A stretch of 52,002 nucleotides of DNA from a virus. Its lineage: Duplodnaviria; Heunggongvirae; Uroviricota; Caudoviricetes. A program made the translations under genes and the position numbers. The stretch is from the IMG/VR virus record IMGVR_UViG_3300029610_000240; one strand, given 5' to 3'. The notes beneath the pieces are model-generated. The model was given only the letters and a program-made list of their open reading frames with translations, was not told where the DNA came from and ran no database searches. Below, in pieces: positions 8,401 to 17,556 of the stretch; position 1 is the first letter of the stretch, and each line of letters starts with the position of its first letter.

Positions 8401-11113
8401 TGGAGAGTTTGATTCTACAGATAACAAACACTCTAAAAATACAAATGCCAATGACAAATTGTTAAAAGGCTATACAAAGGATACCGTTTTAAAATCTTCT
8501 GATTTTGATCTGGATGCCGGAGTATGGTTTGGACAGGGCGAAGATGGAAGTGTTGCAAAAGCCGATGATAGTTTAGGTGCTTTTTATTACGGAAAATACA
8601 AAATTGAAGAATTGCGTAGTGATAGTAATAAAGGACTGAAACTGATCAGTACAGACTTTACGATCACAAAAGATGGTAAAAAAATCAATGCCGGAACATT
8701 AACTGATGAATCAGAGCCAAGTATTGGTACAAAAGCAAAAGATGAAGCAACAGGAACAAATGTGGCTTCAGCGACAGATGATGTAACAATCATTGATACT
8801 GTTAATTATGAACACCTAGACAGAGGTAAATACAAATTAACAGCAGTCTTAATGGATAAAGCGACAAAAGCAGCAATCCTTGATAAAGACGGCAAAGAAG
8901 TTACAGCATCCAAAGTATTTTCTAATACCACAAAAAGCGGAACAGTTGATGTTGAAATCAATATTAATGCAGCGGAATTATCATTAGCAGGTAAAGATGT
9001 TGTTGTATTTGAAACATTGACAAGTGAAGCAGACGGAACAACGATTGCTGTTCATCATGACATTAATGATGAAGGACAGACAATTAAATTCCCTGAAATC
9101 AAGACAAAAGCATCTGATGCAACAACAGGATCTAATATCGTTGAAGCAAAAGAAGATATGAAGATCAAGGATACTGTTTCTTATAAGAATCTGATCAAAG
9201 GAAAAACTTATACAATGATCGGTAAACTTATGGATAAAGAAACAGGAAAGGTTGTTCTTGATGATGATGGAAAAGAAGTAACAGCAAGTGTGAAATTTAC
9301 AGCAGATGCTGAGGACGGAACAGTTGATGTAATCTTTGAATTCTCCGGAGTTAAAACAGCTGGTAAGAAGATTGTTGCATTTGAAACTCTTGAATATAAG
9401 GGTAAAGAATATGCAGTTCATGCAGATATCAACGATAATGATCAGACTGTTCTTATTCCAAAAGTAAGCACAACAGCGAGCGATAAGAATAATGGAACAC
9501 ACATGTCTTACGCAGGTAAGGATGTAACAATCGTTGATAAAGTTGAAGTGAAAAACATCGTTGCCGGGAGAGAATATACTCTGAAAGGTAAGGTAATGGA
9601 TAAGAAAACAGGAAATCCATTATTAGTCGATGGAAAAGAAATTACTGCAGAAAAGACATTCAAAGCAAACGGAGAAAATGAAACCGTAGAACTTGAATTC
9701 ACATTTGATGCAAGTGCATTAAAAGGAACAACTACTGTTGTCTTTGAAAACTTATATGAAGGAGAAAACGAGATCGGTACTCATGCAGATCTTGAAGATG
9801 AAGGACAGACAGTAGAGATTCCTGAAATCGGAACAACTTTAATCGGTAAAGACAGCCAGATTCATGTGATCAATGCAGACGAAAAGATCACACTGGTAGA
9901 CACAGTTAAATACAAAGGTCTTGAAAAAGGTCGTGAGTATAAGGTTGATGGTGTTCTTTACGATAAAGAGACAAAGCAGCCACTTGAAATTGATGGAAAA
10001 CAGGTAACAGCAAGTGCTACATTCACAGCAGAAGCAAGTGAAGGAAGTGTTGATGTTACATTTGAATTCAATGGAAGTGATCTCGCTGGTAAAACACTCG
10101 TAGCGTTTGAAGAAGCCTATGATGTAGAAACCAACACCTTAGTTGCTGATCATAAGGATATTGACGATGGTGAACAGACTGTCGTTGTACCAAAGATCGG
10201 TACTACATTAACTGATAAAGACGGAAACAAGACAGTAAACGCCGCAAAAGAAACTGTTTTAGTCGATACAGTGAAATATGAGAACTTAGAGGTTGGTAGA
10301 GAAGTTGAGTTAAAGGGTATCTTATATGATAAGAATACTCAGAAACCAATTATGATCGATGGCAAAGAAGTTACTGCAAGTGCTAAATTTACTCCGGAAG
10401 AAGCTTCTGGTACAGCACAGGTAGAATTTAAATTCGATGCCACAAGCATTGCTGGTAAAACAGCCGTGGCCTTTGAAGAAGCTTACGATGTTAAGACAGG
10501 AACATTGATCGGATCTCATAAGGACATTGATGATTCTGACCAGACAGTAAATTTCCCTGAATTACATACTACAGCAACAGATAAAGCCGACGGGGATCAC
10601 ACCGTTAATGCTGATAAGAAAGTCACTATCGTAGATACTGTGAAATATAAAAATGTAACACCAAACAAAGAACTGGAAGTTTCCGGTACCTTATATGATA
10701 AGGATACAAAGAAACCAGTCAAAGTGAATGGTAAAGAGGTTGCAGCAACAGCAAAATTCACTCCAAAAGAAGCAAACGGAGAAGTAAAGGTAAGCTTTAC
10801 ATTTGATGCAAGCAAACTTGGAGGATATTCACTTGTAGCATTTGAAAAGATGTTAGATGTTGAAACTGGAGCAGTGATCGGAACACATGAGGATATCACA
10901 GATAAAGATCAGACTGTAAAGGTTAAAGGAGTGAAGAAGACTCCAAAAACTACAAGTCATACATCTACACCTGGTAGTGGATCAAGTTCATCATCTGTAA
11001 AAACAGGTCAGAAATCCATCGTTCCAGTTGTAATCGGACTCATTGTAGTCGTAGTTGCCGGAGGAACAGCATTTGTGATCCGTAAGAAACAGAAAGGTGA
11101 CGAAGAGCAGTAG
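5492..11113 (+). CDS. Large sortase-anchored surface adhesin with SpaA/CnaB domains and tandem VaFE-type repeats
   Basis: RBS before ATG 5492; signal peptide; E-box-like YFVKEINPPTGY; about six ~120-aa repeats (I.DTV.Y..L..G..VAFE..H.DI.D..QTV); C-terminal VKTG, TM helix and basic tail. Confidence 0.85.
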   Translation: MDKYKIVGKLRQLFFGSMAVVMSAGGVVATNMANAFAADQSLDNNVGVAARKLQYDDTESYVSKNVNKKVVTSEADKSTKEIKNDLTETGYSIRLKQLIAEQSKIPKDCTIDTLWAKYKDAFIAQYSTIVKLYNTSDDADYYVANLSSAKINGMGSIYDAAFVKGTNNANPNVIKDIKFDKKTGLAYIPKSYFEKNKNVLITGQVMYGGSINNQTIAIDTTVDNGGEVTKQSVEANAFDVTVKVPITTSKKMAEKLKMSDFKVFLNGSETEMNLDKDDTATFNKSTGVLELAVSPATLTSVRVEVKKVGAVKSVARFFTTDVSASVKNPDKLKFVTDKKTGNPIILDRVDPAKLQDGQVFDYKSSIRYFSKLSDMEVNYNMKATAEALRHSIKYLYLPTGSQNSGWFDVYDKGSDFGDQDGVNQKTNFEDVTFGIGLPSSSSKYKATALNKNKAKLDFHMKGSFVTKYTGDDATYSSKHMFAGECAHITNPMGKAKDGKDAKIRLSVLHVDLKDQYVIIGLNTQEINTQSGFGIYKLKFEYNKSGNVQVKKTSANPSMTNGSGCYSFKGATFGVYKDKACTDKVTTLTADENGNTDTDEIDVGDYFVKEINPPTGYAKNDQAYPVKVTEKNDDDNPAVVTIADQPKDDPVNFEVKKVDKETGETVQGDANLSGAEFTVKFYNNFYNSASDLPSKATKTWVLKTQKNMKGNYVLSFDDKYKISGDDFYRDSDGTPVVPWGTLTIEETKAPDGYKIKDSTVSVNGQVLSNRIYFTRVSDKDGEQPSKVVTDFTVSDPAKKYGIQVWKVDKELDKSETIGGKDHKISETGTTLEGVQFSIINRSATAIKYGDKTVNPGEEVTKITTSWNSNLKKYTAQTDERTLPYGTYGVQEISSSQGYKMTDGTEKTVVCHGADGTMYTPDLDANLKFPNQVVRGDYSVRKKSDEGKSISAAFKVTNEATGETHVIVTDKNGEFDSTDNKHSKNTNANDKLLKGYTKDTVLKSSDFDLDAGVWFGQGEDGSVAKADDSLGAFYYGKYKIEELRSDSNKGLKLISTDFTITKDGKKINAGTLTDESEPSIGTKAKDEATGTNVASATDDVTIIDTVNYEHLDRGKYKLTAVLMDKATKAAILDKDGKEVTASKVFSNTTKSGTVDVEININAAELSLAGKDVVVFETLTSEADGTTIAVHHDINDEGQTIKFPEIKTKASDATTGSNIVEAKEDMKIKDTVSYKNLIKGKTYTMIGKLMDKETGKVVLDDDGKEVTASVKFTADAEDGTVDVIFEFSGVKTAGKKIVAFETLEYKGKEYAVHADINDNDQTVLIPKVSTTASDKNNGTHMSYAGKDVTIVDKVEVKNIVAGREYTLKGKVMDKKTGNPLLVDGKEITAEKTFKANGENETVELEFTFDASALKGTTTVVFENLYEGENEIGTHADLEDEGQTVEIPEIGTTLIGKDSQIHVINADEKITLVDTVKYKGLEKGREYKVDGVLYDKETKQPLEIDGKQVTASATFTAEASEGSVDVTFEFNGSDLAGKTLVAFEEAYDVETNTLVADHKDIDDGEQTVVVPKIGTTLTDKDGNKTVNAAKETVLVDTVKYENLEVGREVELKGILYDKNTQKPIMIDGKEVTASAKFTPEEASGTAQVEFKFDATSIAGKTAVAFEEAYDVKTGTLIGSHKDIDDSDQTVNFPELHTTATDKADGDHTVNADKKVTIVDTVKYKNVTPNKELEVSGTLYDKDTKKPVKVNGKEVAATAKFTPKEANGEVKVSFTFDASKLGGYSLVAFEKMLDVETGAVIGTHEDITDKDQTVKVKGVKKTPKTTSHTSTPGSGSSSSSVKTGQKSIVPVVIGLIVVVVAGGTAFVIRKKQKGDEEQ

Positions 11114-11142
11114 ATACAGTAAGGCGTTAGCCGATGGAAGAA

Positions 11143-11171
11143 AGAGGAGGGAATAATCTCTCCTCTTTTTT
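11143..11171 (+). terminator. Intrinsic terminator
   Basis: aagaggag..ctcctctt followed by a T-tract. Confidence 0.7.
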
Positions 11172-11189
11172 ACATTTATGAGGAATATT

Positions 11190-11330
11190 ATGGATAACAA
11201 AAAATCAGACATTATAAATAAAAGAAAATATCATCAGCCTAAAGCGGTTGTAAAAGGAAAAGATGGAAAAGTCATTAATATACTTGAGAACAACCATACA
11301 AAGGAGAAAAATAGTGAAAAAGAAATATGA
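11190..11330 (+). CDS. Small 46-aa peptide with a KRKYHQPKAV motif
   Basis: GAGGA RBS, ATG 11190 to TGA 11330; shares a motif with the N-terminus of the next ORF. Confidence 0.4.
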   Translation: MDNKKSDIINKRKYHQPKAVVKGKDGKVINILENNHTKEKNSEKEI

Positions 11331-11745
11331 ATCACCAAGAGCAGTAGCCGATCTCTTTTATCCGGAAGAATCTATCAGCAGCTGTTATAATATCGCATGT
11401 GAGTATGGGATTATGGGTGGAGAAAAAGGAATTCATGCCCCAAATGCCTTCACACTTGATGGCGTAACAATTCCAGGAGATCTTGGAGCTGACGACACGC
11501 ATGGAAAACTAAGTGCTGGATCAGGATGCGGTTGGGCAGAAAATCAGATTGCAGAAGTAGATTCCAATGGAAAAGTAACAGCTTTAAAAGAAGTAAATGT
11601 AATGAACCATAAAATTTTAGATTGTGATGTGATTAAGCAAGATGGAGATACCGTATACTGGACTACGCAATCTGGAAAAAATCGATTATGGTCACATATG
11701 GGGAAAATCGGGCCTAAAAGCGGCAGCCATCCTAACATGTTATAA
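11314..11745 (+). CDS. Hypothetical protein with RiPP-leader-like N-terminus (KKKYESPRAV)
   Basis: AAGGAG RBS then GTG 11314; YxxP motif followed by a Cys/Gly-containing body. Confidence 0.6.
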   Translation: MKKKYESPRAVADLFYPEESISSCYNIACEYGIMGGEKGIHAPNAFTLDGVTIPGDLGADDTHGKLSAGSGCGWAENQIAEVDSNGKVTALKEVNVMNHKILDCDVIKQDGDTVYWTTQSGKNRLWSHMGKIGPKSGSHPNML

Positions 11746-11750
11746 AGAAG

Positions 11751-12242
11751 GTGTTTTTATTGAAGTTAAAAAAGATATTATGGAATTTGTTGGTCCTGCT
11801 TATCATTGGATATGTTGGTATTTTAGCGTATCAGAATATCAGCCAATATCAAAGGTTTAAAGTAAATGGGCAATCTATGAATCCTACTTTAAAAGATGGA
11901 CAGAAATTGATCATGAAGAAATTTCAGAAAAATGACAAGTTACATCGTGGAGATGTTGTGATCATTAAAGTGACATTAAAAGATAAAGAATATGATTTTA
12001 TTAAAAGAGTGATCGCACTGCCAGGAGAACATTTAGAGATCAAAAACCATAAAGTTTATATTAATGGAAAATATCTGGAAGATGAAGGATCAACGATGGG
12101 CGAGGAAGATTGTGTGATTCCGGATGATTCTATTTATGTTATGGGAGATAACCGGGATCATTCTTTGGATTCAAGAAAACTTGGAACAATGAAGATTTCA
12201 AAAGTAGTTGCACGAAAAGTGATTCCAGAAAAGAAATTGTAG
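11751..12242 (+). CDS. lepB: Signal peptidase I (S26)
   Basis: N-terminal TM; GQSMNPTL, FIKRVIALPGE and VMGDNRDHSLDSR motifs. Confidence 0.92.
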   Translation: MFLLKLKKILWNLLVLLIIGYVGILAYQNISQYQRFKVNGQSMNPTLKDGQKLIMKKFQKNDKLHRGDVVIIKVTLKDKEYDFIKRVIALPGEHLEIKNHKVYINGKYLEDEGSTMGEEDCVIPDDSIYVMGDNRDHSLDSRKLGTMKISKVVARKVIPEKKL

Positions 12243-12396
12243 CTTGAAAAATATTCCAAAATCAGATATGATGAAGATACTTAAAATCTGTACACTTATT
12301 AGGTACGAGAAGAGCATCCGTGATAAATGGGTGCTTTTCTTTTTGAGAATAATTTATATAAATTAGTAAAAATGGTTGATACTCCTAAATGATATC

Positions 12397-12451
12397 AAAT
12401 TGGTATAAAATTGGTAACAAAATGGTAGTAAATTGGTATAGAAATGTTAGT
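12397..12451 (+). repeat. Five 11-bp tandem repeats (consensus AAATTGGTATA) upstream of the transfer-region promoter
   Basis: aaattggtata/aaattggtaac/aaaatggtagt/aaattggtata/gaaatgttagt, followed by extended -10 TGCTATAAT near 12470. Confidence 0.7.
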
Positions 12452-12753
12452 GTAATCTTAAACTTAGTATGCTATAATATGAACAGTGAGAAAAAGGGTT
12501 CTCACTAATCTTTTTCCTGATTTGGAAAGAGGTTTTTATTAGAAAATTGAATATAGGGGCAGATTATGTCCATTTACGATAGAGATATTCAGAGAAATAT
12601 CTCTATTTTTTTTGGATTAATTTTGTTCTAACATCAGTTTTCATTTTTATAGCATCCAACTCTAAAGATGATTTATCTGTGGAAGATAGGGTAGGTGATA
12701 TAAAAATTTGTAACTTTATAATCTATTCATTTTTCATGAGGGAGGATAGTACA

Positions 12754-13218
12754 ATGCGAAAGATTACAAGAAGTAAACATCCAGAAAAGCGTAGAAATAC
12801 AAAATGGAATGCATCCGGGTCAACTCTTGCAATGAATCGTCAGGTTGTAGATACAGAAACAGTTGTTTATGCAATGATGTGTGCAATGATTGCAAGCTTG
12901 ATTTTATCATCCATTTTACCAATGGTTTGTAATGCGGCCGGTGACTTTAGTTCACTTGCAAAGTCATTATCTACGATTGCATCAGACTTCTATACCAGTT
13001 TCGTTGCGAAAGCTATTAAATGGGGAGCTGGTCTTGCACTTGCTATTGCATTTGCATTACGTATCGGTGCACCTGGAAGTGAATTAGAACGTAGACTGCA
13101 TGGATGGCCAATGAAAATCATTTTTGCTGTATTTGGAGTTGCAGTTGCCCCATCTGTGATCGAGATCATAAGTAAACAGTTATCTACTGCTGGCTTTTTC
13201 TCATTTACATTTAGCTAG
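12754..13218 (+). CDS. VirB2/TrbC-like conjugal membrane protein
   Basis: GGAGG RBS; three hydrophobic segments; first gene of the T4SS block. Confidence 0.55.
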   Translation: MRKITRSKHPEKRRNTKWNASGSTLAMNRQVVDTETVVYAMMCAMIASLILSSILPMVCNAAGDFSSLAKSLSTIASDFYTSFVAKAIKWGAGLALAIAFALRIGAPGSELERRLHGWPMKIIFAVFGVAVAPSVIEIISKQLSTAGFFSFTFS

Positions 13219-13414
13219 AAAATATAAATAAGTTAACAAAATTCTTATCTTCCAAGGATTTTGAATACGCACGGAAGGGATCTTCTCTTCCGTGTTTTTT
13301 ATTTATGAGAGAGTTAGAAAATACGATAGCTCTAAAAAAGACATTTATTTAAGAAAGGAGGAGCTGTCAGGCAGAGTTTTTTAATGCTGTCCGTATTTTG
13401 GCAGCGGAGAACAA

Positions 13415-15571
13415 TTGGATTGGATTTTAAACGGAATATTTAAAACATTTATTGGATGGATTACAAGTGTACTTGATATTTACTTTTCAGCAATTTTGGG
13501 TGCATTAGGTGTTAATTTAAGTGTGTTTGAAAGTGTGTTTCCTTTAGTAAAAAAATTGAGCATTGGAATCATGGCAATTGCATTAGGGGTTGCATTTTAT
13601 ATTTTTATCTTTCAAATTTCAAAAAATCTTAATCCATCATCAATTGATGAAGCAGAATCGCCATTGAGTTTGTTAGCATCTTTTGCGACTGCTATCTTTT
13701 CAGTATTGGCATACAAACCGTTATTAAATATTTTACTGTCATTTACTACAAGTTCTTTAACAGTTTTGCAATCAAGTAAACTTACAAAAATTCTAAAAAA
13801 AGGATTAGCATCTGACATGTTTGATTCATTTTATGATGCATTAGTAAAGACAAGTAGTAGTAAAAGCATCGTCGGAAAAGCTATAGATTCTGTAAAGAAT
13901 ACGGTTGGAAGTGTTGTCGGTACGCATATGCCAGAACAAATAGCTGCAATTATTTTAGTTGCATATATTTATTCTAAATTATATAAAATGACAAAAATTA
14001 TGCTTCGAACATATGTTGGAGTTGGTATCTTGACCTACTTAGCACCGTTACCATTAGCATGTTTAAGTTCTCGTGCAACAAAAGGTGTTACAAAAGGATT
14101 TTTACAAATTTATATAGAACATCTGCTTAGCATCATTTTAAACTGTTGGTTTTTGCGAATTGTTTTAGATGGATTTGGTGCAATTAATTTTGATAGTCTA
14201 TCAAAAATGCAATCAAGTATGTCAGGAATTCAAAAGATTATATCTGATATTATGACATCGCCAGTAGAAAAGAAATTTACAACTTTCGCTGTGATTATTG
14301 TATGGAGTATGATGATTGGAGCATTTATAGATTACGCAGTGACTATTAATATCTACATCGAACGTATGACTGGTGTTGGTGGATTGTCTATAGTTCCAAA
14401 TGGTCAATCTATTAATCCATTTAAAGATAATGTAGTGACAAAAGCTGCAACTGGAGCTGCAGCTGCAGTTGGTGGCTTAGCAGGATCAATTGCAGGCACA
14501 CCTTTGAAATCTATGAAAAATATGGCTGGAAAAGCTTGGGAAGAAAAACTAAAAAGTGAAGTTCAGTCAGCGAAAGAAGGAAATGGATTTTTTGGATTTG
14601 GTGGATCAGGCATAAATCCTACGAATCCATCCCCTGGTCCAAATGATGGAAATCCGAATAATGGAAATCCTAACAATGGATCTGGTGGAGCTGCGATGGG
14701 TGGCTCTAAACCATTAAAACAAAATGCTATTGATGGGAAAAAATCAATGGAACCATTTTCGCCAGCTGTGGAAAATGCCAAACAGGCAGGAATGTATTCA
14801 TTACTACATAAACCATTGTCTGGAAAAAATGCTAAAAAGCAAATGGCAGCTGCAATGAAAGATAAAAATGGATTTATGGACCCATATGGTGAAGGTAAAG
14901 AATACCTTGACAAATTAAAGAATGGTAAGAGCAAAGAAGATCAGAATAAACTTGATAACTCCTTAGTATTTGATGCCGGAAAAGATGGTATGCAGATCAT
15001 GTCAGATATAGAATCTGACGGAAAAGGAAAAATTACAGCTACAATGAATGGAGAAAATATTGAATTATTTAATGATGATGCTCAGGGATCAGCAACAGAA
15101 TCAGGAAATCTTGATGCCAGTGTAGATATTGGTGGACAAACTATGAGTTACGATTCTAGCAAGTGCCCAACCTTCCATAAGATGATGGGTGGAATTACTT
15201 TTGATGAGTCAGAAATTGTATCAAGTGAAGCATCCAATAGTGGATCAATGGGTACAGTTGACAATAGTACATCATCAGGAACATATACATCTTCTGAAAC
15301 AGTATTTGGAGGTGCATCAAATGATGTATTAGGTAATGAATCAGTTGGAGGGTTTGGTAGTGGTTCAAATCATGCACATAGCAAATCATCCCTAGATGAT
15401 ATTAATTCTCGTATTTATAATCCAGGTAGCAGTCAAACATATGATGATTTCACTGTAGGTAATAATAATGCTTCATCTTCTGGTGGACCATTAGAATCAT
15501 CAAAATCTGGACCAAAGCCTTCTTCTGATGATAAAGATGTAAATACTGATCAAAGTGATATTGAATTTTAA
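13415..15571 (+). CDS. VirB6/TrbL-like polytopic conjugation membrane protein
   Basis: Multi-TM N-terminal half (R...GILTYLAPLPLA motif) and a long Gly/Ser/Asn low-complexity tail. Confidence 0.7.
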   Translation: MDWILNGIFKTFIGWITSVLDIYFSAILGALGVNLSVFESVFPLVKKLSIGIMAIALGVAFYIFIFQISKNLNPSSIDEAESPLSLLASFATAIFSVLAYKPLLNILLSFTTSSLTVLQSSKLTKILKKGLASDMFDSFYDALVKTSSSKSIVGKAIDSVKNTVGSVVGTHMPEQIAAIILVAYIYSKLYKMTKIMLRTYVGVGILTYLAPLPLACLSSRATKGVTKGFLQIYIEHLLSIILNCWFLRIVLDGFGAINFDSLSKMQSSMSGIQKIISDIMTSPVEKKFTTFAVIIVWSMMIGAFIDYAVTINIYIERMTGVGGLSIVPNGQSINPFKDNVVTKAATGAAAAVGGLAGSIAGTPLKSMKNMAGKAWEEKLKSEVQSAKEGNGFFGFGGSGINPTNPSPGPNDGNPNNGNPNNGSGGAAMGGSKPLKQNAIDGKKSMEPFSPAVENAKQAGMYSLLHKPLSGKNAKKQMAAAMKDKNGFMDPYGEGKEYLDKLKNGKSKEDQNKLDNSLVFDAGKDGMQIMSDIESDGKGKITATMNGENIELFNDDAQGSATESGNLDASVDIGGQTMSYDSSKCPTFHKMMGGITFDESEIVSSEASNSGSMGTVDNSTSSGTYTSSETVFGGASNDVLGNESVGGFGSGSNHAHSKSSLDDINSRIYNPGSSQTYDDFTVGNNNASSSGGPLESSKSGPKPSSDDKDVNTDQSDIEF

Positions 15572-15586
15572 TAAAGGAGGCTGATT

Positions 15587-17251
15587 ATGGCAGAGAAAAC
15601 GGAAAAGGTTGGAAATGCAAAAGCAGCTGTCCAAGCAGCAAAAATCATACAAGGTGCAGCAACTGGTGGTCTTCCGGGTGCAGCAATTGCGACTGTTTCT
15701 GATCCAAGAGCAAGTTTTGCATTAGTTAAGAAAATAATAATTGCTGTAACCGTGATTCTCATGATTCCTACCGTAATTGCCAGTTCAATCCCTTCTTCTA
15801 TTATTAATCTTATTTCTATTGATCAAACACAAGATTCTTCTTCATCTCAAGTATTTGAATCAAAATATGATGAATTTCTGACAGGGTTTCAAGAAGCCCT
15901 GTCAGATGATTTAAGTGAAGATATAGAGTGTAGAGAATTTAAAGCAAATGTCTGTGTATTAATATCTTATTATTCTATTTGGAAAGATAAAAAAATCATA
16001 CCAATTTCAAATAGTAAATTGGTATCTGATTTTAAAAAGCGGATAAAAAAAGCAGATCTTTTGCGGATTAATAAAAAGAAGAAAACAGCAACATATCGTG
16101 GTGATGATGCATTTGCTAAGTATTTAAAGTTATCGGATGATGAAATCGAACTTGGAAAAGCTCAAGGTTCTGTTTTAGCTTCCATTATTGGATTAAAAAA
16201 TGATGGAAAAGTCACGATAGATCTTTCATCTGTTTCGGATGAAGATGGTAGTGAATATTTGGGAGTTTCCGGTGCCGGAAAAACATACAAGCTTAGTAAA
16301 TCAGATTATGAGACATTATGTAAAATCGTTGCACAGGAATGTTCGGTTAGTTATGATGGAGCATTAGCTGTTGTAAGTCATATGTGTAATATGGCTGAAT
16401 ATGGAGTTCCATATTATCGAAAACGGGGACTTATGGGAACGGCTAAAAGTAGTTGGTATCAGGCGTATACAAGTGGAGCATATAAAAAACGGCACCCAGC
16501 CAATTTTGTAAAACGTGCTGTAAAAGATGCAATTAATGGGAAAAGAAATATTCCTCCTTATGTATTAGAATTTGCTGCCGCTGGATCGGTACCTAAAAAC
16601 TGGAGAAATTTAGAGGGAGAGCGATATTATAAGCGAATTGGTGATAATGATTATTTCTATAATATTCATGACAAAGAAAAATTGAAAAAACAAACCAAGG
16701 CTTATGAGGCTGCCTTATCGGGCAGTGGATATAACGGAGCAGTTGTCTACTATAACCAAGGTGATTCTCCTTGGGCAGAGCATGTATTCAAATCGCGTTA
16801 TGGTTCAAACAAAATTCGAATAGCTGGTTGTGGCCCGACTTCGATGGCAATCTGTATTTCAACAATTACCGGAAAGAAAGTTACTCCAATACAAACATGT
16901 GATTGGGGTGCTAAACAGGGATTATATATTCCTGGAGGTTGGCATCATAACTGTACATATAAAATAGCCAAACATTGGGGCTTAAAATGTGAAGGACTTG
17001 ATCGCAACAAATCAAAATTAAAGAAAGCTTTAAAACAAGGTAAAATGGTGGTTGCTATTATGGGACCTGGTCATTTTACATCAAGAGGTCACTTTATTGT
17101 ATTATATAGCATATCTAAAGATGGGAAAAAAGTAAAAGTGGCTGATTGCGGAGGGCGAGCAAGAAACAGGTATTGGGATATTGATACTGTGTTTAATGAA
17201 TCGAAAACTTGCAATGATGCTCACTGTCCATTTTGGGCTATAAGTAAATAA
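15587..17251 (+). CDS. Conjugal cell-wall hydrolase (SleB-like domain plus C39-like peptidase domain)
   Basis: N-terminal TM; LCKIVAQEC..GALAV; YYNQGD.PW..GCGPTSMA..GHFIVL..VAD motifs. Confidence 0.75.
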   Translation: MAEKTEKVGNAKAAVQAAKIIQGAATGGLPGAAIATVSDPRASFALVKKIIIAVTVILMIPTVIASSIPSSIINLISIDQTQDSSSSQVFESKYDEFLTGFQEALSDDLSEDIECREFKANVCVLISYYSIWKDKKIIPISNSKLVSDFKKRIKKADLLRINKKKKTATYRGDDAFAKYLKLSDDEIELGKAQGSVLASIIGLKNDGKVTIDLSSVSDEDGSEYLGVSGAGKTYKLSKSDYETLCKIVAQECSVSYDGALAVVSHMCNMAEYGVPYYRKRGLMGTAKSSWYQAYTSGAYKKRHPANFVKRAVKDAINGKRNIPPYVLEFAAAGSVPKNWRNLEGERYYKRIGDNDYFYNIHDKEKLKKQTKAYEAALSGSGYNGAVVYYNQGDSPWAEHVFKSRYGSNKIRIAGCGPTSMAICISTITGKKVTPIQTCDWGAKQGLYIPGGWHHNCTYKIAKHWGLKCEGLDRNKSKLKKALKQGKMVVAIMGPGHFTSRGHFIVLYSISKDGKKVKVADCGGRARNRYWDIDTVFNESKTCNDAHCPFWAISK

Positions 17252-17311
17252 TTGATATTGTAGAGGAAATACATTTATTTTGTATTTCCTCTTTTTTCGG
17301 AGGAAATTTTT

Positions 17312-17542
17312 ATGATGAATGTAAAAAAAATACGGATTTTATTTATTGTGATGGTAATCACAATGATTTCTATTGCAGCTTGTGCTTGTAATAGAAATGG
17401 AAAGAAGAAAAAGCAAGCAGCAACAACTACTACTGAAAGTAAATCAGTTTATGGAGATGCAGATGAGGAATATGAAGGAAAATTTGATAACAAAATGAGA
17501 GACAGTTATGGACATGTCTTTAAAACAGATATTCAAAATTAA
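17312..17542 (+). CDS. Small putative lipoprotein
   Basis: GGAGG RBS; signal peptide ending in IAAC/ACN. Confidence 0.6.
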   Translation: MMNVKKIRILFIVMVITMISIAACACNRNGKKKKQAATTTTESKSVYGDADEEYEGKFDNKMRDSYGHVFKTDIQN

Positions 17543-17556
17543 CAGGAGGTATTAAA

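Noticed and set aside
8700..10930. Long imperfect DNA repeats as a possible array
   Set aside because: They encode the ~120-aa protein repeats of the adhesin
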